Origin: Camelus dromedarius
Taxonomy: Eukaryota
DNA length: 64,000 nucleotides
NCBI RefSeq assembly: GCF_036321535.1
Contig: NC_087437.1
Span: forward strand, 57,104,001-57,168,000
Direction of reading: 5' to 3'
The position numbers and the translations under genes were made by a program. Within the stretch, counting starts at the first letter, position 1. Each line of letters starts with the position of its first letter. Positions 50,701 through 62,972 of this stretch are shown one piece after another. A model generated the notes under the pieces. The model did not search any database, was not told the DNA's origin, and was given only the letters and a program-made list of their open reading frames with translations.

Positions 50701-51369
50701 TGTTACAAGATTCCTTTATGTAATCACTTTATTTGATTCTTTTAACAATTCTGTGAGGTAGATAAAGCTGAGATTTATTATTTCTATTATATAGGTGAGG
50801 TAACTCATACAGAGAAAGATGATGTAATTTGGCATAGGTGAATAGCAAAGCTGTAACTTTTGGTTGGACCTTCTTCCCCTGTGTATTTCATCATTATCAT
50901 TTCACCCGTCTCTCTTGGAGTCCCCCAGGATTTAAGGTTTTAAACACAAGACTGTCAGAATCCCAATGTGTTAGATTTCTGTTTCCATGTCAGAGGACTT
51001 TCCTAGACCAAACAGCAAAGTTTAAATGAAATAGTTTTAGGTGAGGAGACCCTCGTTTTAGTTCAAGATTAACTGGGGAAATCATCAAATTCTAGCTGGG
51101 GGTCATTTATCCTTTAAATGAGTGACGTCCATCAGAAGATTTCTGGCAACTGTCACTAAGAGAGCCAGATCACTTCTCACACATTTTAATTGTTGACAGA
51201 AGACAACGTTCTTAACGAAGTAGAGCACAATAAGGAAGCTTAACCGAATCCCCAATGAAGGTGGTGGATGCTTTTCCCTCTTCCGAAGGGAATGTTCTAG
51301 GCCTCATGAGAGAGCGTGAAGATTTTGCCATGGGGGCTGGAACCAGCAGAGCTGAGTGGACCATTGTAG

Positions 51370-51847
51370 TGTCGACCAAAAACAATGCAGGGAGCCAGAA
51401 ATAAGAAAATAGTTTATTTGGGGGTCTTTGGAATTGCAATTTGAGAGACACAGTTGCAGGTAAAATTGAGAGAGTGTTCTGAGGAAGAGAAAGACTTAGG
51501 GGCTTATAAAGACAAAAAGGCACAAGGTTGTTAAATGTTGCCTGATGAGAATAGTGATTGACTCTGATGTGAGTCAGGAAATAGTTGTCCTTAAGGAATC
51601 ACCAGTTTTTTATAATAGGAGTCTTATAAGTAGATAGGCTGTCTTAAGCTCTTTTGGGGTAAAAGTCAAATAAGTATCTTGAATTTCTGGCAGATGTTCT
51701 GGATGACTTCATAGGACAATAAGTGGTCAAAAGGTCAGATTCCATCCAGCTGAGATGTGCATAAGCCACACTTCCTTTATGGCCTCCAGGCTCCATTTTA
51801 GAGCACTCTCTTGGCAACACCAGCTCCATTTTGGTTTTTCTTTCACA
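51370..51847 (-). mobile_element. Solo ERV1 LTR (~478 bp)
   Basis: The minus strand runs TGTGAAAGAAAAACCAAAATGGAG...TTTATAAG...AATAAAC...TTGGTCGACA. Its ends resemble the provirus LTR at 27212 (GGTCAACA). Confidence 0.82.
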
Positions 51848-53976
51848 ATATCCAGAAGGATTTTCTATCTGAAGTGTTTACAAGAGAGGGAATACAGTAT
51901 TTCTTTGTTCCATGCAAGGTTCACCATTGGTGTACCTTGTGCACTGATGACCCATACAAAGATTTCCTCTCCCTTCCGTACACATTGTGAGTGACAAATT
52001 GACTGGTCCTGATTTGCTTCTTCTAGTTATGTTGCCATCATTGAAAAAAGCTTATTTGATGATGTCTTTGTACACATGTCCCTATTTTCCTCTGCCTGAA
52101 AAGGTAATAAACTGGAATACTGGATCATCCAAGACTGAACAAGCACAAATCTAGGTTTTTAAAGAGGTATATAAATATCTACATGCATACACACAGATAC
52201 ATTGAACACACACTATCAGCAACCAGTGGGTGTACATTTGTTAGAAGAAAAGGCAATATGTATCAATAATGTGTTGTTAACATTTCAGGGTGCAATTCCT
52301 TGTTTTGTTTTTTAACATATACATTCTGTCCTAATTGTATGCATCTGTATGCTCTGGTAAGGCATACTATATTTATTGTATTGGTTTAAGGCTAATTGTT
52401 TTGGCTTTTGAATGCTGTTTGTGCTAAGAAAGCACATTCAAGACAATAGTACCAAGTAAAAAGAGCAAACCGTTAAATTGAGGAGAAATCAATATTCACG
52501 TCCTGTAGTCTTTAATGGCAGATACGCAATGGTCAAAGTGTTGGCCATATTGATCATTAAGTTCTAAAAACTGAACACTAATCCAGTAGACATTGTCTAT
52601 GAAATCTAATATGAAAGCTATTTTTCACATCTTATTGTTGATGTACCAAAGAAGAAAATTTTCTATCTTTCTGTACAAATAATTAGAAATTTACACTTTA
52701 TGTTCCCCTGACCCCATCATGCCCCAACTGTAGGGGCCAAGCAGGACGTGGTTCAGAGAGAAAGAAGCATAATTCCCATTTGGTTTCCTGGGCAGCCATC
52801 CAAGCAAGCCCTCCTTGCTGCAGCTTTGAAGTATGACAAAGAAATAGCTGCCCCAGGTGGTGCAGCAGCAAGATGCCTTCACACTGCAGGAGAATCTCAT
52901 CAAGGGAAATCAGCTTGGTGAGAAATATTCCTGAAGTGACTTGGAGTGATGGTGTTTCAGAAGGGAATTGCTAAATAGAATTCAAAAGATTACCTAGGTT
53001 GACAGCTATGGAAGAGAGATCCTTTCCTCTGATAAAATCTCCTCATCCTCCTCTTAGCCCTCCACTCCCATGTTTGTGATTTAGAATATCAGTGTAGCTC
53101 ACTTAATATACTATGTACTAGTTAAACAAAATAGTATTAATTTATATTTCCCTTTTATCTGCAAAGTATGTGAAATATATAGAGATACCTATTCTTTTTT
53201 TTTTCTCTTAGTGCTTTGGTCATCAAAAAGGAAATAATATTTTAAATTTAGACTTCTATTAATGAGAAGATTTGTGAAACTAGTATATTTTTGTAACTTT
53301 TCAAGGGGAAGAACATACTGCGTGTAAATACATAGTTTCTTATTTGTGTGTAAGAAGATTCTTATAATCACCCTAATCAAATTTATCATACTTACATCAA
53401 CAGAATTTTCATATTCTTAACGATCTAAAAAGGAGACATTTTTATGAATTTTTATTTTCAAATATTTTGTTAGTAGTAAGATAGATAAATATAATTAGTG
53501 ACTAAATAAGGTTTCTATAGCAGTTTTGTTGGATTGTGGAATAGAATGTCCTTGACATAAGAGATATACTGAATGGATATGGCAGTTAAAACAATGTAAA
53601 AAGAGAATTTGCAGTGATCTGTAGAGTATACTTCTGACTTCGTGGGACCATGATTCGATACATGGAGGATTTATCATGATGAGAAAGTCCAGTCCTCCTT
53701 TCAGTCGGGCACTCCTAATATTCTTCTTTCTGTGACTGAAAGCCGGGCTTGTTTTATCCCCTGTAACTTAATATTCTATACGTAAAGGTAGTAATCCCCA
53801 GGCTGTAAGTTACTGAAAGAAATGATGATGATGTTTAATATGATTATTCAGAAATTTATGGATCTTCCTTACTCGTTTAGAAGCTGCTTATGGGTAAGAA
53901 TTATCAGTCTGTCCCCTCTCCCTGAATGTTATTGGAGGGATGACTGGTACATGACCTGAGACCAAAATATTTGCTT

Positions 53977-54043
53977 CTTCCAAAATTCACTCAAAAAACA
54001 TTTTTAGACACTTCCAAAATTCATTCAAGAAACATTTTTAGAC
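53977..54043. repeat. Tandem duplication, 34-bp unit x2
   Basis: cttccaaaattcactcaaaaaacatttttagaca / cttccaaaattcattcaagaaacatttttagac. Confidence 0.9.
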
Positions 54044-54842
54044 GTTTATATCACTTCACCATTCCTAAAATTCTATATAATGAGGGACTTTATTATTTTG
54101 AATTAAGCATCTCTTTACTCATTGGAATTACTGAGTGACTGTGTTCTAGTTACTAACTGAGATTGATTTAAAGTATACACAGATTTCAGACCTACTCTTT
54201 TTTTAATAGATAAGTTCTTGGGGATATAATCAATTAATTTTACAAAGTGACATTTTCAGTTCCGTAGTGGTTTTAAAGGGAGAAATATTTGTGGGTTATA
54301 GTTGTTATTATATTGGGAGCTGCCAATTCCACCTGATGTCTGTTGTCTGTGGTTAGGAGTGTTATAACTAAAGGGATGATACACAGAGAAAGGTGCCTTG
54401 TCCTCTCAAGGGTGATTCTTCTGCGGGACCATCATGGCCCAGAGTTTTATCTTTAATTTTACAAATGCAGACAGTTGGTTTATAGGCTCCCTCAAAGGTT
54501 ATCAACTTTTGGAGATTGATTCACATTAATAAAAATTATTTGAAATTGAGAGAAATCAAATATATGTAGTGAAATTAACTTTCCAGTAACTGGAAGATTC
54601 CTTTTTGGTATTCAAGGTACATGAGAAATAAGAATACTTATTATAATATTAGCTTTTTGCATGTCTGTTAGAGTACTTGTATAGGGATGACTTGAAGATA
54701 GTTCTTCTAGTTTCAATAGATTGAGAAAAATCGAACTTGTTCCAATATGGATACTTTCCTTATGTGTACACATTTTATTATGTGCATTTCTATATGTTAT
54801 TTCTTGTTTTGTTTTTGTTAACAATGATTTGACATGATTACT

Positions 54843-54969
54843 CTTTTTTTTAACATATTTTTATTGAGTTATAGTCATTTTACAATGTTGTGTCAAATTC
54901 CGGTGTAGAGCACAATTTGTCAGTTATACATGAACATACATATATTCATTGTCACATTTTTTTCCGTTG
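54843..54969 (-). mobile_element. Very short (~127 bp) young L1 3' end with a 13-bp TSD
   Basis: PolyT plus 'tttttattgagttatagtcattttacaatgttgtgtcaaattccggtgtagagcac'. TSD TGACATGAYTACT at 54830-54842 / 54970-54982. Confidence 0.9.
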
Positions 54970-55096
54970 TGACATGACTACTTTTTTAATTTTAATTTTT
55001 AATATTTATTTTTTATTGGATGAAATATTCTTTAAGTTCTATGGTGCTTTACAGTTTTCAAAAATTTCACACACATGATTTCATAAAATCTCATGA

Positions 55097-55200
55097 CAAC
55101 CCCCGCCTTTTTCCCCCAACCCTATATTACCCCTCTGCCCTCCCCTCTCCCCGCTGGTAACCACTAGTTTGTTCTCTAGATGTGTGAGTCTGCTTCTTCG
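55097..55200 (-). mobile_element. L1 3' UTR fragment inside a MIR relic
   Basis: 'cccctctccccgctggtaaccactagtttgttctctagatgtgtgagtctgcttct'. Confidence 0.75.
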
Positions 55201-56089
55201 CATGGCTTCTTACATGTGATGAAAATGAGGTAAAATTTTAAGTTCCTTGTTCTAGTGCCTAGAGTTACTGTAACCATTTGAGGATTATAAACAAATAAAA
55301 TCTTTTTCCAATATGCATGTGTATATACGCAAATTTATGTGGAAATACATATACACACAGGTATTTGTCAAAACCACTGTGAAATACTCTACTCCAGTTA
55401 ATCAGGGGAGACATGCTGTTTACCTTGCTTGCTTATTTGACTCTAGCTCATGGTATGTGATCGGCGGCTAGACTGAAACTTAGCTTCTAGGAGAATCTGG
55501 TTCCCTTTTCCTAGATAATTCAGTGCTAAGTTGAATTAATTGTTTTTCTAAATGGTTAGGGATTGAGCTGGTGCACCTGATATGGGATCTATGAAAAAGC
55601 TTTACAGTCTGAAAGATTGAGATGCATATAATATGAAAGAGAGATAGAACAATGACATTTATTTGTAGATTTATATTAGGAAACAATTACATTTAATGTA
55701 GCTTCTGGTTTTTGCTCTCAATATAATTCAGTAAAACACAGAATCTATGAAGCAAGTTCAAAGATGAGATAAAAAAACAATATGAGACAACAAACTGAGA
55801 TGAAAAGGCAGCTGGCTGAGAGGCAGAAATAAAGAAAGAAACACGTGAGATAAGAAACAGTGTGAAGAAACTGAAATTGCTGTTAGAAAGGGGCTTAGTA
55901 TCCCTGATAAAATGTCATCTGGCTAGAAGAAACTAATAGATTTTCTTCAACTCTTTTTCTGAAAAATTCATAAAGAAATGCCTTGCACAATATTGAAAAC
56001 AAAGATTGATAGAGAACTGATCAGGGAAAAATTAAGAAAGCGATGCTTCCACTGGGATTTTTTTTAAAGAAATTACTACATAGATTTCT

Positions 56090-56610
56090 GCTCCAACCTG
56101 CCTCAGGACCTTTGCATTTGCTTTTTCTTCTTGGAATATTCTTCCTCTCACCCATTCACTTTTAATGACTTAATGGGTTGACTCCTACTGATTCTTCATA
56201 CCTCTATAAAAATGTCACATGCTTAGAGAAGCCTTTGCTGGAGACTAGATCAGATCCCCCTTTTATATTTTCTCTTGACAATGGACTAGCCCACTAGAGT
56301 AAAATGTACTTAACAGGAAAAGGACATTAGTCTTTCTCCAATGAGCTATCCGCAGAATCTGGAATAGTGGTTGGCACTAAGAAGGCACTCAATGAATATT
56401 TGTTGACTAAATGAATTAATGATTAAATGGAAGTCATTAGAGTCTGTTATTGTTTTTGTGTGTATGGTTATTCAGTTGTCTGCTTCCTCTCTCAGTCAAT
56501 AAGCTCCATGGGACTAGGAACATGTGGTCTGTGTCGGTATTGATTACCACTGTATATTGGCACCAAGCAAAACACTTGGTTCATAGTAGACAATTAAATA
56601 TTTGTGGACT
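56090..56610 (+). mobile_element. L2 3' end relics (two)
   Basis: 'cctgcctcaggacctttgcatttgct...ggcactcaatgaatatttgttgactaaatgaat' and 'catagtagacaattaaatatttgtg'. Confidence 0.75.
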
Positions 56611-57049
56611 ATTTATTGGGTATTGGACAAGCCCCGTAGGCAGAGGCAGAAACATGAAAAACCCTGGCAGCACTGACCACTAGGAATTATAGCAGTGCAA
56701 GAGGGCAAGATAGTCATGCTGTGAAGAGGAAGGTGGTACTACCAAAAAGCAAGCATGTCCTGAGTGGAAGACTAATGGAAACTTGGAAGCATACATTTTA
56801 ATCTGTTCTCCACTTGAGGTCTCTAAATGGCATTTAAAGCCACATCAATAGACAGAGTGAGAAGAAAGCAACATACTATCCTCTCTATTAACAAATACCA
56901 AGTTTATACAGATTCTGTATTGCCTGAGGATATGCACAGATTGTTTTGGAGGGGCCGACTGAAAAGTTTTACAGAACAAGAGAAAGGCATATTCGGAGGT
57001 ACAGGTCCTCTGAAAATAGTTTAATTTGTAACAGAAAAAATTTCTAGAA

Positions 57050-58550
57050 AATTATTTGACTTTCTCATGATAATGAATGAGGATATAAAATTCTGTCGAT
57101 TGGGAACAGTGTCATAAAGAAAGAATGGCTTGAGATAAAAGGGCAACTAAATGTTATACAAAAAAAGAAATGGATGGGATAGGGAAGTATTGCAAAGAAA
57201 CTAAAATACCATAGCAGAAATAAATCAGCATCAGATATGGTAAAAATCAGAACTTATATGAGGATATGTGTACTAGTAACATGAAGTACAGATTTGGAAA
57301 TCTCTTCTAAAATACTCTAGAAAAAGAATATTAAAATTATGAGAACAAAGATGATAATGCAAAAAATTTACACTGGAATGCTAGCACACAGATTAGCAGA
57401 AGATCATTTGTTTGACATTAAGACCTGACAGTGCATATCAAAAGAACATAATATCTTCAAAGCTAATCAATTTGAAAGATATTAGCACCAAGACATCCTT
57501 AGGCAAACATTTTTAGCTACATTGATAATTTTAAAAAGGTGAAACATGAAACTTATAAATATATACTCTGATTTTTAGCAATATTAAATAACTGGGAGAA
57601 AATATCAATGCATTTTATTATCATCCAAGACATACAAGCTGCCAAGTAGTATGAAGAAAACAGAAGACTCAAACGTTTGTTGGCTCAGAAAAGATGTTAT
57701 CTGCATATCCTTCTTTTTATTCTTTAAAAAAAGACTTGAAAATTTACTCCAAATAACTGATTAAGCAAATTTAAGTGTCCAGGATAGGGAAACTTGTGAC
57801 ATAAATTCTCACTATAATGGTGAGTATATATGCAAAGTTTGGAATAACTACAGGAGCAATATTTATAATACAATAAAAAAAACCCACAGTATTGTAACAG
57901 ATATTTAAAACTGACTGAGGGAAAAGGAGATGTGAACATTGTAGTCAACTAATTGCTGAAATAAAGGAGAGCTAAAATCAGGCTCTGTTATACTTCATTC
58001 CTGTAAGATTTACTGTCATCTAGCAAATGCATATGCAATGCTAATTATTTGTTAATCATTGTGCTTTATCATATATAAACTCGTTTTATAAGAAAGATTA
58101 TTTAGGTAGTATTTTTTAGAGAAATTTAATCGAGCTTTTAGTAGGTATAAATAGGTCACATCCCTTTCAAAGCTCTAGAGGAGATAAGGACAAAGAAAAA
58201 TACAAAGGAGATAGTGAAAATGTGTAACAAATAGGTGGAAAAGAACATGATGGCATAAAGGAGAGCTAAACATTTTATTTCAAAAGGTAAATGAAAATGA
58301 AATTAATCCTAAAATAAAAGCAAAGACTCTCCAATTGGAATAAAATTGTTTGTGGTTTATATGAGTCATGCCAAAAATGAAAGTTTTGTGAATATGAAAT
58401 CTAAAAACTGGACATTGTTACTTCAAAGCAAGCAATGCATGCAAGGGATAATGATACTAATAGTAGAAAGAAGGATTCGAAGAAAAGCTGTCAAGATGAA
58501 GACAGTCATCTTGTATCAATAAAAGATATAAGTAGCAATGAAGATTTATC
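57050..58550 (+). mobile_element. Very old L1/HAL1-like A-rich relic
   Basis: Strong A-skew with faint L1 ORF1/ORF2-like phrases. Confidence 0.4.
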
Positions 58551-59619
58551 CAAGCCTAACATCTCACCATTCAACTAAGGCAGATGCTCTTTCCACAAGT
58601 AATCAAAGCCTGGACACCACATTTGCCTTGTGATTTCTCCACAGTTATTTCAGGAATTCTCGAAACTACAAGTAATCCAGACCCTGAATGGCTTCCTGAG
58701 AATCCTCAACCTTATCCAGTAACCAGAAATTTTCTGATGTTAACTATTTTGGCAACTGTCTAATCAGTTAAGCCCATCATACTGCACCAGGTTTTCCTTC
58801 TGTGCTGTATTATCATTATAATATACAAGCTTCTTTTCCTTTGACTCAAACACTCACTACTCTCTTAATCTTCCAAACATTACAGCTGTATCCTCTGGGC
58901 CCTATGTTTTTGGTAACCAACTCTGCTACTTCTTGCCCTTTACTGAAAATATGCTCTCTTCTATGAACACTATTTCCACTGCATCTGTCTTAAACAGATG
59001 GTGCTCATTTCTCTCACACCCCATAGCAACCAGGGTGAGGAAGTGGTATCTTCATTTTCCTACAAGCACAGTGGTATTTCTAGGCCATTGCTATTTAACT
59101 CATTTAAAACCCCTGTTCCTTTAAGGCATTTGACCTTCAAGTCTTGTCTTTTGCCTGTCCTTCTTACCACCACCTAGTCCCTGCCACATTTGACCAAGTC
59201 AGTGGCTCATTGTTCAGCCTGAATTCCAGTGATAATCATATCAACCATTTGTTTGCCCAAATCCTCAACTTCATGTTCATACATCACTTTTACCCGTGAC
59301 ACATTTACTCCAGATCCATCCATATGTCGTCTTCTTACCTGCTATATTCTAAATTGGATTAAGACCTTTGCAGGCACTAAAGTTAAAATACTTATGCTTC
59401 CCCTCACACTTCACCATATGCAATGCAAAAAACCCACAATTTTAACTCATAAAATAAACATAAAGCATCCAGAAAAATTCTGATTTTTTTTTCATCAAAA
59501 CTATTTTCATGATTTTTCTCGAAACATGTGCCAAGTATCCACGTTGAGTAATTAAGTACTGATTAGATAAAGACTCCTGCATAATATGAAGAAATCACAT
59601 CATCTTCAAATTAGTGCTT

Positions 59620-60172
59620 ATTACAGTTACTATTGCTGCATAATAAATTATGACAGTTCAGAATCCTAATACCACTGTGTTATTATACTCATAAATTCTA
59701 TGACTCAGCCCTTCAGACAGGGCACAGTGAGAACAGCACATCTCTGTTCCTTAATACCTAAGGCTTCTGCAGGAAAGACTTGACAGCTGAGGGATTTGAC
59801 TGTTGGGCAAAGGAATCATATGGAGGCACTTTGACTTACATGCCTGGTGGTTGACTCTGGCTGTTGACCGGGACCTCGGCTGGGATTCGCAGCCAGAGCA
59901 CCTGTTTATGGTCTTCCACGTAGCCTGAGATTCTTCACAGCATGGAAGCAAAAAAGTTGGACTTCTTCCATAGTAGATCACGACTCCAAAAGTGAGTGCC
60001 CTACCCAAAAAACAAAATCTGCACCATTTGCTCTGGCCTAGATGTGGAAGTCACGCAGTATCATCTGACAAATTCTGTTGGTTACAAGTGAGTCATAACT
60101 TTGTCCAGATTCCAGTAAAGGGGCATAGGACCCATCTTTTGATGGAAGAATTTGCACCATTAAAAAAAACCC
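59620..60172 (-). mobile_element. MaLR LTR (MLT1G/H-like)
   Basis: 'ctattgctgcataataaatta...cagacagggcacagtgag...catgcctggtggttgactctggctgttg...ttctgttggttacaagtgagtca'. Confidence 0.8.
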
Positions 60173-60324
60173 CTAAATTTCAATGCCATTGTAATGTATG
60201 GTCTCCTTTCTTATGTGAACCTATAACAATGCCCCAAAACATGCTAAATAATTTACCATCCCTAACACTCTTAACAGTGGCTGATTTAAAATCTTTGCTC
60301 TTGTCTTAAAACTCTTATACTGCC

Positions 60325-60842
60325 TTCAGTAGTCAGAATACAAAGAAGATCCCACATTGATCTTATATAATCGATCCCTTTGTGTATGAGTGAGACCTGT
60401 AACCTAACCAATAAGATATAGCCAAGATGAAGGACTTTTCCAGATGTAACTAAAGTCTATACTCAGTCAACTTTAAGTTAATCAAAGAATAATACTGAGG
60501 GAGCCTGACCTAATCAGGTGAGCCATTAAAAGAGAGTCTAGAGATGAGATTTTCCTGATTGCCTTAAAGAAGTAAATATCCAGGAGTTCTACAGATGCAG
60601 TAAAATGAATTTGGCTAACCATTTGAATGAGTTTAGAATAAGACTCTCCCCCAGGAAATCCTCAAAATGAGAACACAACCAGGCTAACATCTTGATCCCA
60701 ACCTTGTCAAATCTTGAGTGGAGGGTTCGGCTAAGTCATGCTCAGATTCCTAACCCAGAGAAACTTCCAAGTATTAAATATATATTGTTTTAAGCTGTTA
60801 AATTTTGGGTGATTTGCTGCAGAGAAATAGATGACTAAAGCA
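60325..60842 (+). mobile_element. MaLR LTR (MLT1E-like)
   Basis: 'actttaagttaatcaaag...gcctgacctaatcaggtgagcc...ttgttttaagctgttaaattttggg'. Confidence 0.8.
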
Positions 60843-61189
60843 CTGCCAAAACTCAGTGACTCTCAGACAATTTTCTCACTTCCTGTTTTCCCTGTAAAAT
60901 AAAGCTATCTGGTGGAAACTCACATGATCTCTGACCACATCTGAAATGTACTTTTCCACCATAATAAAACTTTGTTTCTTTTCTTTCTATGAAGATGAAA
61001 ATACTTCCTTTCTTCATGCTTTGATAATTCCCTGAGGTAGAACTTTTAACAGTCCTATTCCCTTAACATAATAAAATAATATTAGAAATTATAATAAGAC
61101 ATTTACCAAAACAGCAAAAAGTTTATCCTCTTGGGATTGAAAAGATCCCCAGTAATGTTGGGAATTTTACTGCTTCTCAATATGTGAAT

Positions 61190-62795
61190 CAATAATAAGT
61201 GAAATATATAATTTGGGAATATATCCTTCTAGCTGTAAGAGAGTAAGTTGTAGCAGACCAACACTCACACTGAGAACAAGTAGAAAAACAACATCAGCAA
61301 TAGTTGTGTGAACAGACTGGAGCATTTCGGAGGCATCAGGGGCTCCAAGGGCCATGTCCTAGAAGAAGGGAATTTCGCTAATGCGAGCCCAGTGTCTCCT
61401 TGTCAGAGGTTACACCTTAAACTGTAGGTAGTGACAAACTATAATGCTGTAGAGAGGGGGCCTGTTAAGGGACTGAGGAAATGGGAGAGACGTCAGTGAT
61501 TTTCTTAAACTGGAGACAGAAATTAATGTTGGCAACTAGAACTTGAGGAGTGACGACTTTGGAAAGAAAGAGGTATGTAGAAGTAAGCCTAAAGTTCTGA
61601 GCTATATTTTTATTTGAAGCTTTTGAAAATTCTTAAACTGTACTGGCCATTAAGAAGTAAATTCATAGGAAAATAGAGAACTCAGAAGAACTTTTGGGAG
61701 CCTTATAGTGCCAAGGAGACAAAAACTGGAGTTCTGTCCCTCCCAAAGTTGAGGATCATGATAAAAATCCCACCCATACATTTCTGGGAAACTACACATT
61801 AAAAGTGAAGGATAAACCAAAGATGTTCAGAATCTTAAAAACTGGAAATAATACTTCAGCCCAGTAAGTGATGGAATTGAGGAAAAATGTTGTGGTCCTA
61901 GCAACCTGCCAGAGGGCAACGGAACTTGCCTGTGGAGTAACCCTGCACAATTTCCATACATATTGTCTGGAATTCAGTAAAAACTCCTCAGGCATACTCA
62001 GGAAATGGACTAAAGTAATAAAAATGGACAAAAGAAATAGATCTACAGGTGATCTGTAGAAGTTATCAGGTAACTATTTTAGAACAACTGTGATTAATAT
62101 GTTCAAGGAAAAGATGTTTAGAACTTTTACCAGAAAACTGGAAGCTCTTAAAAGAATTGATTGGAAATTACAGACTTAAAAATACAACTGTTGGAACAAT
62201 AGTTGGAACATCTTAATGGGTAGATAACTATTCTAGAGAGTGCTGCCCAAAATGGTTGACACTAAAGACATTTGACTATTGAGCATTAGAAAGTGGCTAT
62301 TTCAATTTGAGATGTGCTGTGAGCAGGAAGTACACATTGGATTGCAAAGATTTTGCACAAAAATAATGAAAAAATCTCATTAATATTGTTATATTTATTA
62401 TTAAAATGAAACTATTTGGGGTTAAATACAATACATTAATAAAATTAATTTTAACTTTCTTTTTTTGCTTTTTAAAATGTAGCTAATAGAGAATTTAAAA
62501 TTACATATGTGACTGGAATTATATTTCTTTTGGACAATACTTATTTAAAGGATAGAGTTACAGAAAATAACTAGACTGATGCAGGTAGAGAGAAAAAAAT
62601 AGAAAAATCTAAATGATTTTTCCTAAAAGATTTTATCTATAAGATACATATGGGACATGAAATAAATGTCAAAATGCATGTAATTGGAAATTCTAGACTG
62701 GTAAATGAGAGAGTAAAAAATGGTGCAGAAACAATACTTGAATAGATAATGACTGAGAGTTTTCCAAAACTGGTGAAAGAAATTTTAGAATCAAA
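61190..62795 (+). mobile_element. Old L1M 5' region/ORF1 relic, interrupted by MER33
   Basis: 'actgtgattaatatgttcaagga', 'gtaattggaaattctaga', 'ataatgactgagagttttccaaaactggtgaaaga'. Confidence 0.65.
62239..62542 (-). mobile_element. MER33 non-autonomous hAT-Charlie DNA transposon
   Basis: TIR-like ends AGTGCTGCCCAA / TTGGACAATACT. Internal 'ttgagatgtgctgtgag...attaataaaattaatttt...aatttaaaattacatatgtg'. Left target TTCTAGAG matches the NTCTAGAN consensus; the right copy is degenerate (ATTTAAAG). Confidence 0.85.
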
Positions 62796-62972
62796 GACAT
62801 GATGCTGTATATAGAAACCCTAAAGGCCCCCCCACAAAAACTACTTGAGCTGATAAAAGAATCTGGCAAAGTAGCAGGATACAAGATTAACATGCAGAAA
62901 TCAGCTGCATTTCTTTACACTAACAATGAAATATGAAAGTGAAAAAATAATCCCTTTTAAAATTGCATCAAA
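62796..62972 (+). mobile_element. Isolated young L1 ORF2 RT fragment
   Basis: Encodes DMMLYIE...[32 protein letters not shown], the segment immediately after the FADD motif. Confidence 0.9.

Noticed and set aside
51370..51847. Possible missing 5' LTR of the 27-32 kb provirus
   Set aside because: Only the termini resemble the 27212-27574 LTR. Length and body differ, I see no adjacent PBS or leader, and it lies ~19 kb away across older repeats.
53698..53742. CTTTCAGTCGG resembling the miR-30-3p 5' end, with a 9-bp inverted repeat (GACTGAAAG)
   Set aside because: The match stops after 11 nt, there is no TGTAAACATCC 5p arm, and the stem is too short for a pre-miRNA.
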